From: Geotalea uraniireducens Rf4
GTDB taxonomy: Bacteria > Desulfobacterota > Desulfuromonadia > Geobacterales > Geobacteraceae
Direction: 5' to 3'
Length of the DNA stretch: 32,000 nucleotides
NCBI RefSeq assembly: GCF_000016745.1
Contig: NC_009483.1
Span: 900,001 to 932,000 of the forward strand
Part shown: positions 31,959 through 32,000 of the stretch, piece by piece
Position numbering within the stretch: position 1 is the stretch's first letter
Layout of the letters: each line of letters starts with the position of its first letter
Notes under the pieces: model-generated
Database searches by the model: none
What the model saw: only the letters and a program-made list of their open reading frames with translations
Told to the model about the DNA's origin: nothing
Program-made: the position numbers and the translations under genes

Positions 31959-32000
31959 TCAGCTATTGTTTAAACAGATTAACAACAGTTGCGCGACCCG

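Overview
High-GC window, possibly Geobacter/Desulfuromonadales-like (inference only), with three distinct parts. (1) 1-20.7 kb, + strand: a 5'-truncated HisKA_3 sensor kinase, then an accessory-looking cell-surface island. The island holds a 1191-aa secreted pentapeptide-repeat protein and two giant repeat-rich exported proteins (1439 and 1804 aa). Each giant protein ends in a dockerin-like module and is followed by a lipoprotein with a cohesin-like C-terminal domain. The island also holds an IS91-family transposase remnant and a 1000-aa MalT-type STAND ATPase with an unusual C-terminal SARP-type winged-helix/BTAD end. Intergenic gaps carry several perfect palindromic (REP-like) hairpins. (2) 20.8-22.2 kb, + strand: a small DUF1858-like / Cys-rich / hemerythrin operon behind an FNR/CRP-type site. 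(3) 22.2-31.9 kb, - strand: nikR plus a translationally coupled operon. The operon order is TonB-dependent receptor, polytopic membrane protein, ExbB-like, DUF2149-like, exported CobN-like chelatase, TonB. It is preceded by two complete cobalamin riboswitches in tandem, separated by an intrinsic terminator. The best candidates for new biology are the riboswitch-controlled, apparently periplasmic CobN-like system with no AAA+ partner, and the paired dockerin/cohesin surface-display modules with their unusual regulator. No rRNA, tRNA or CRISPR array was seen. All family calls come from motif recognition by eye; no searches were run.
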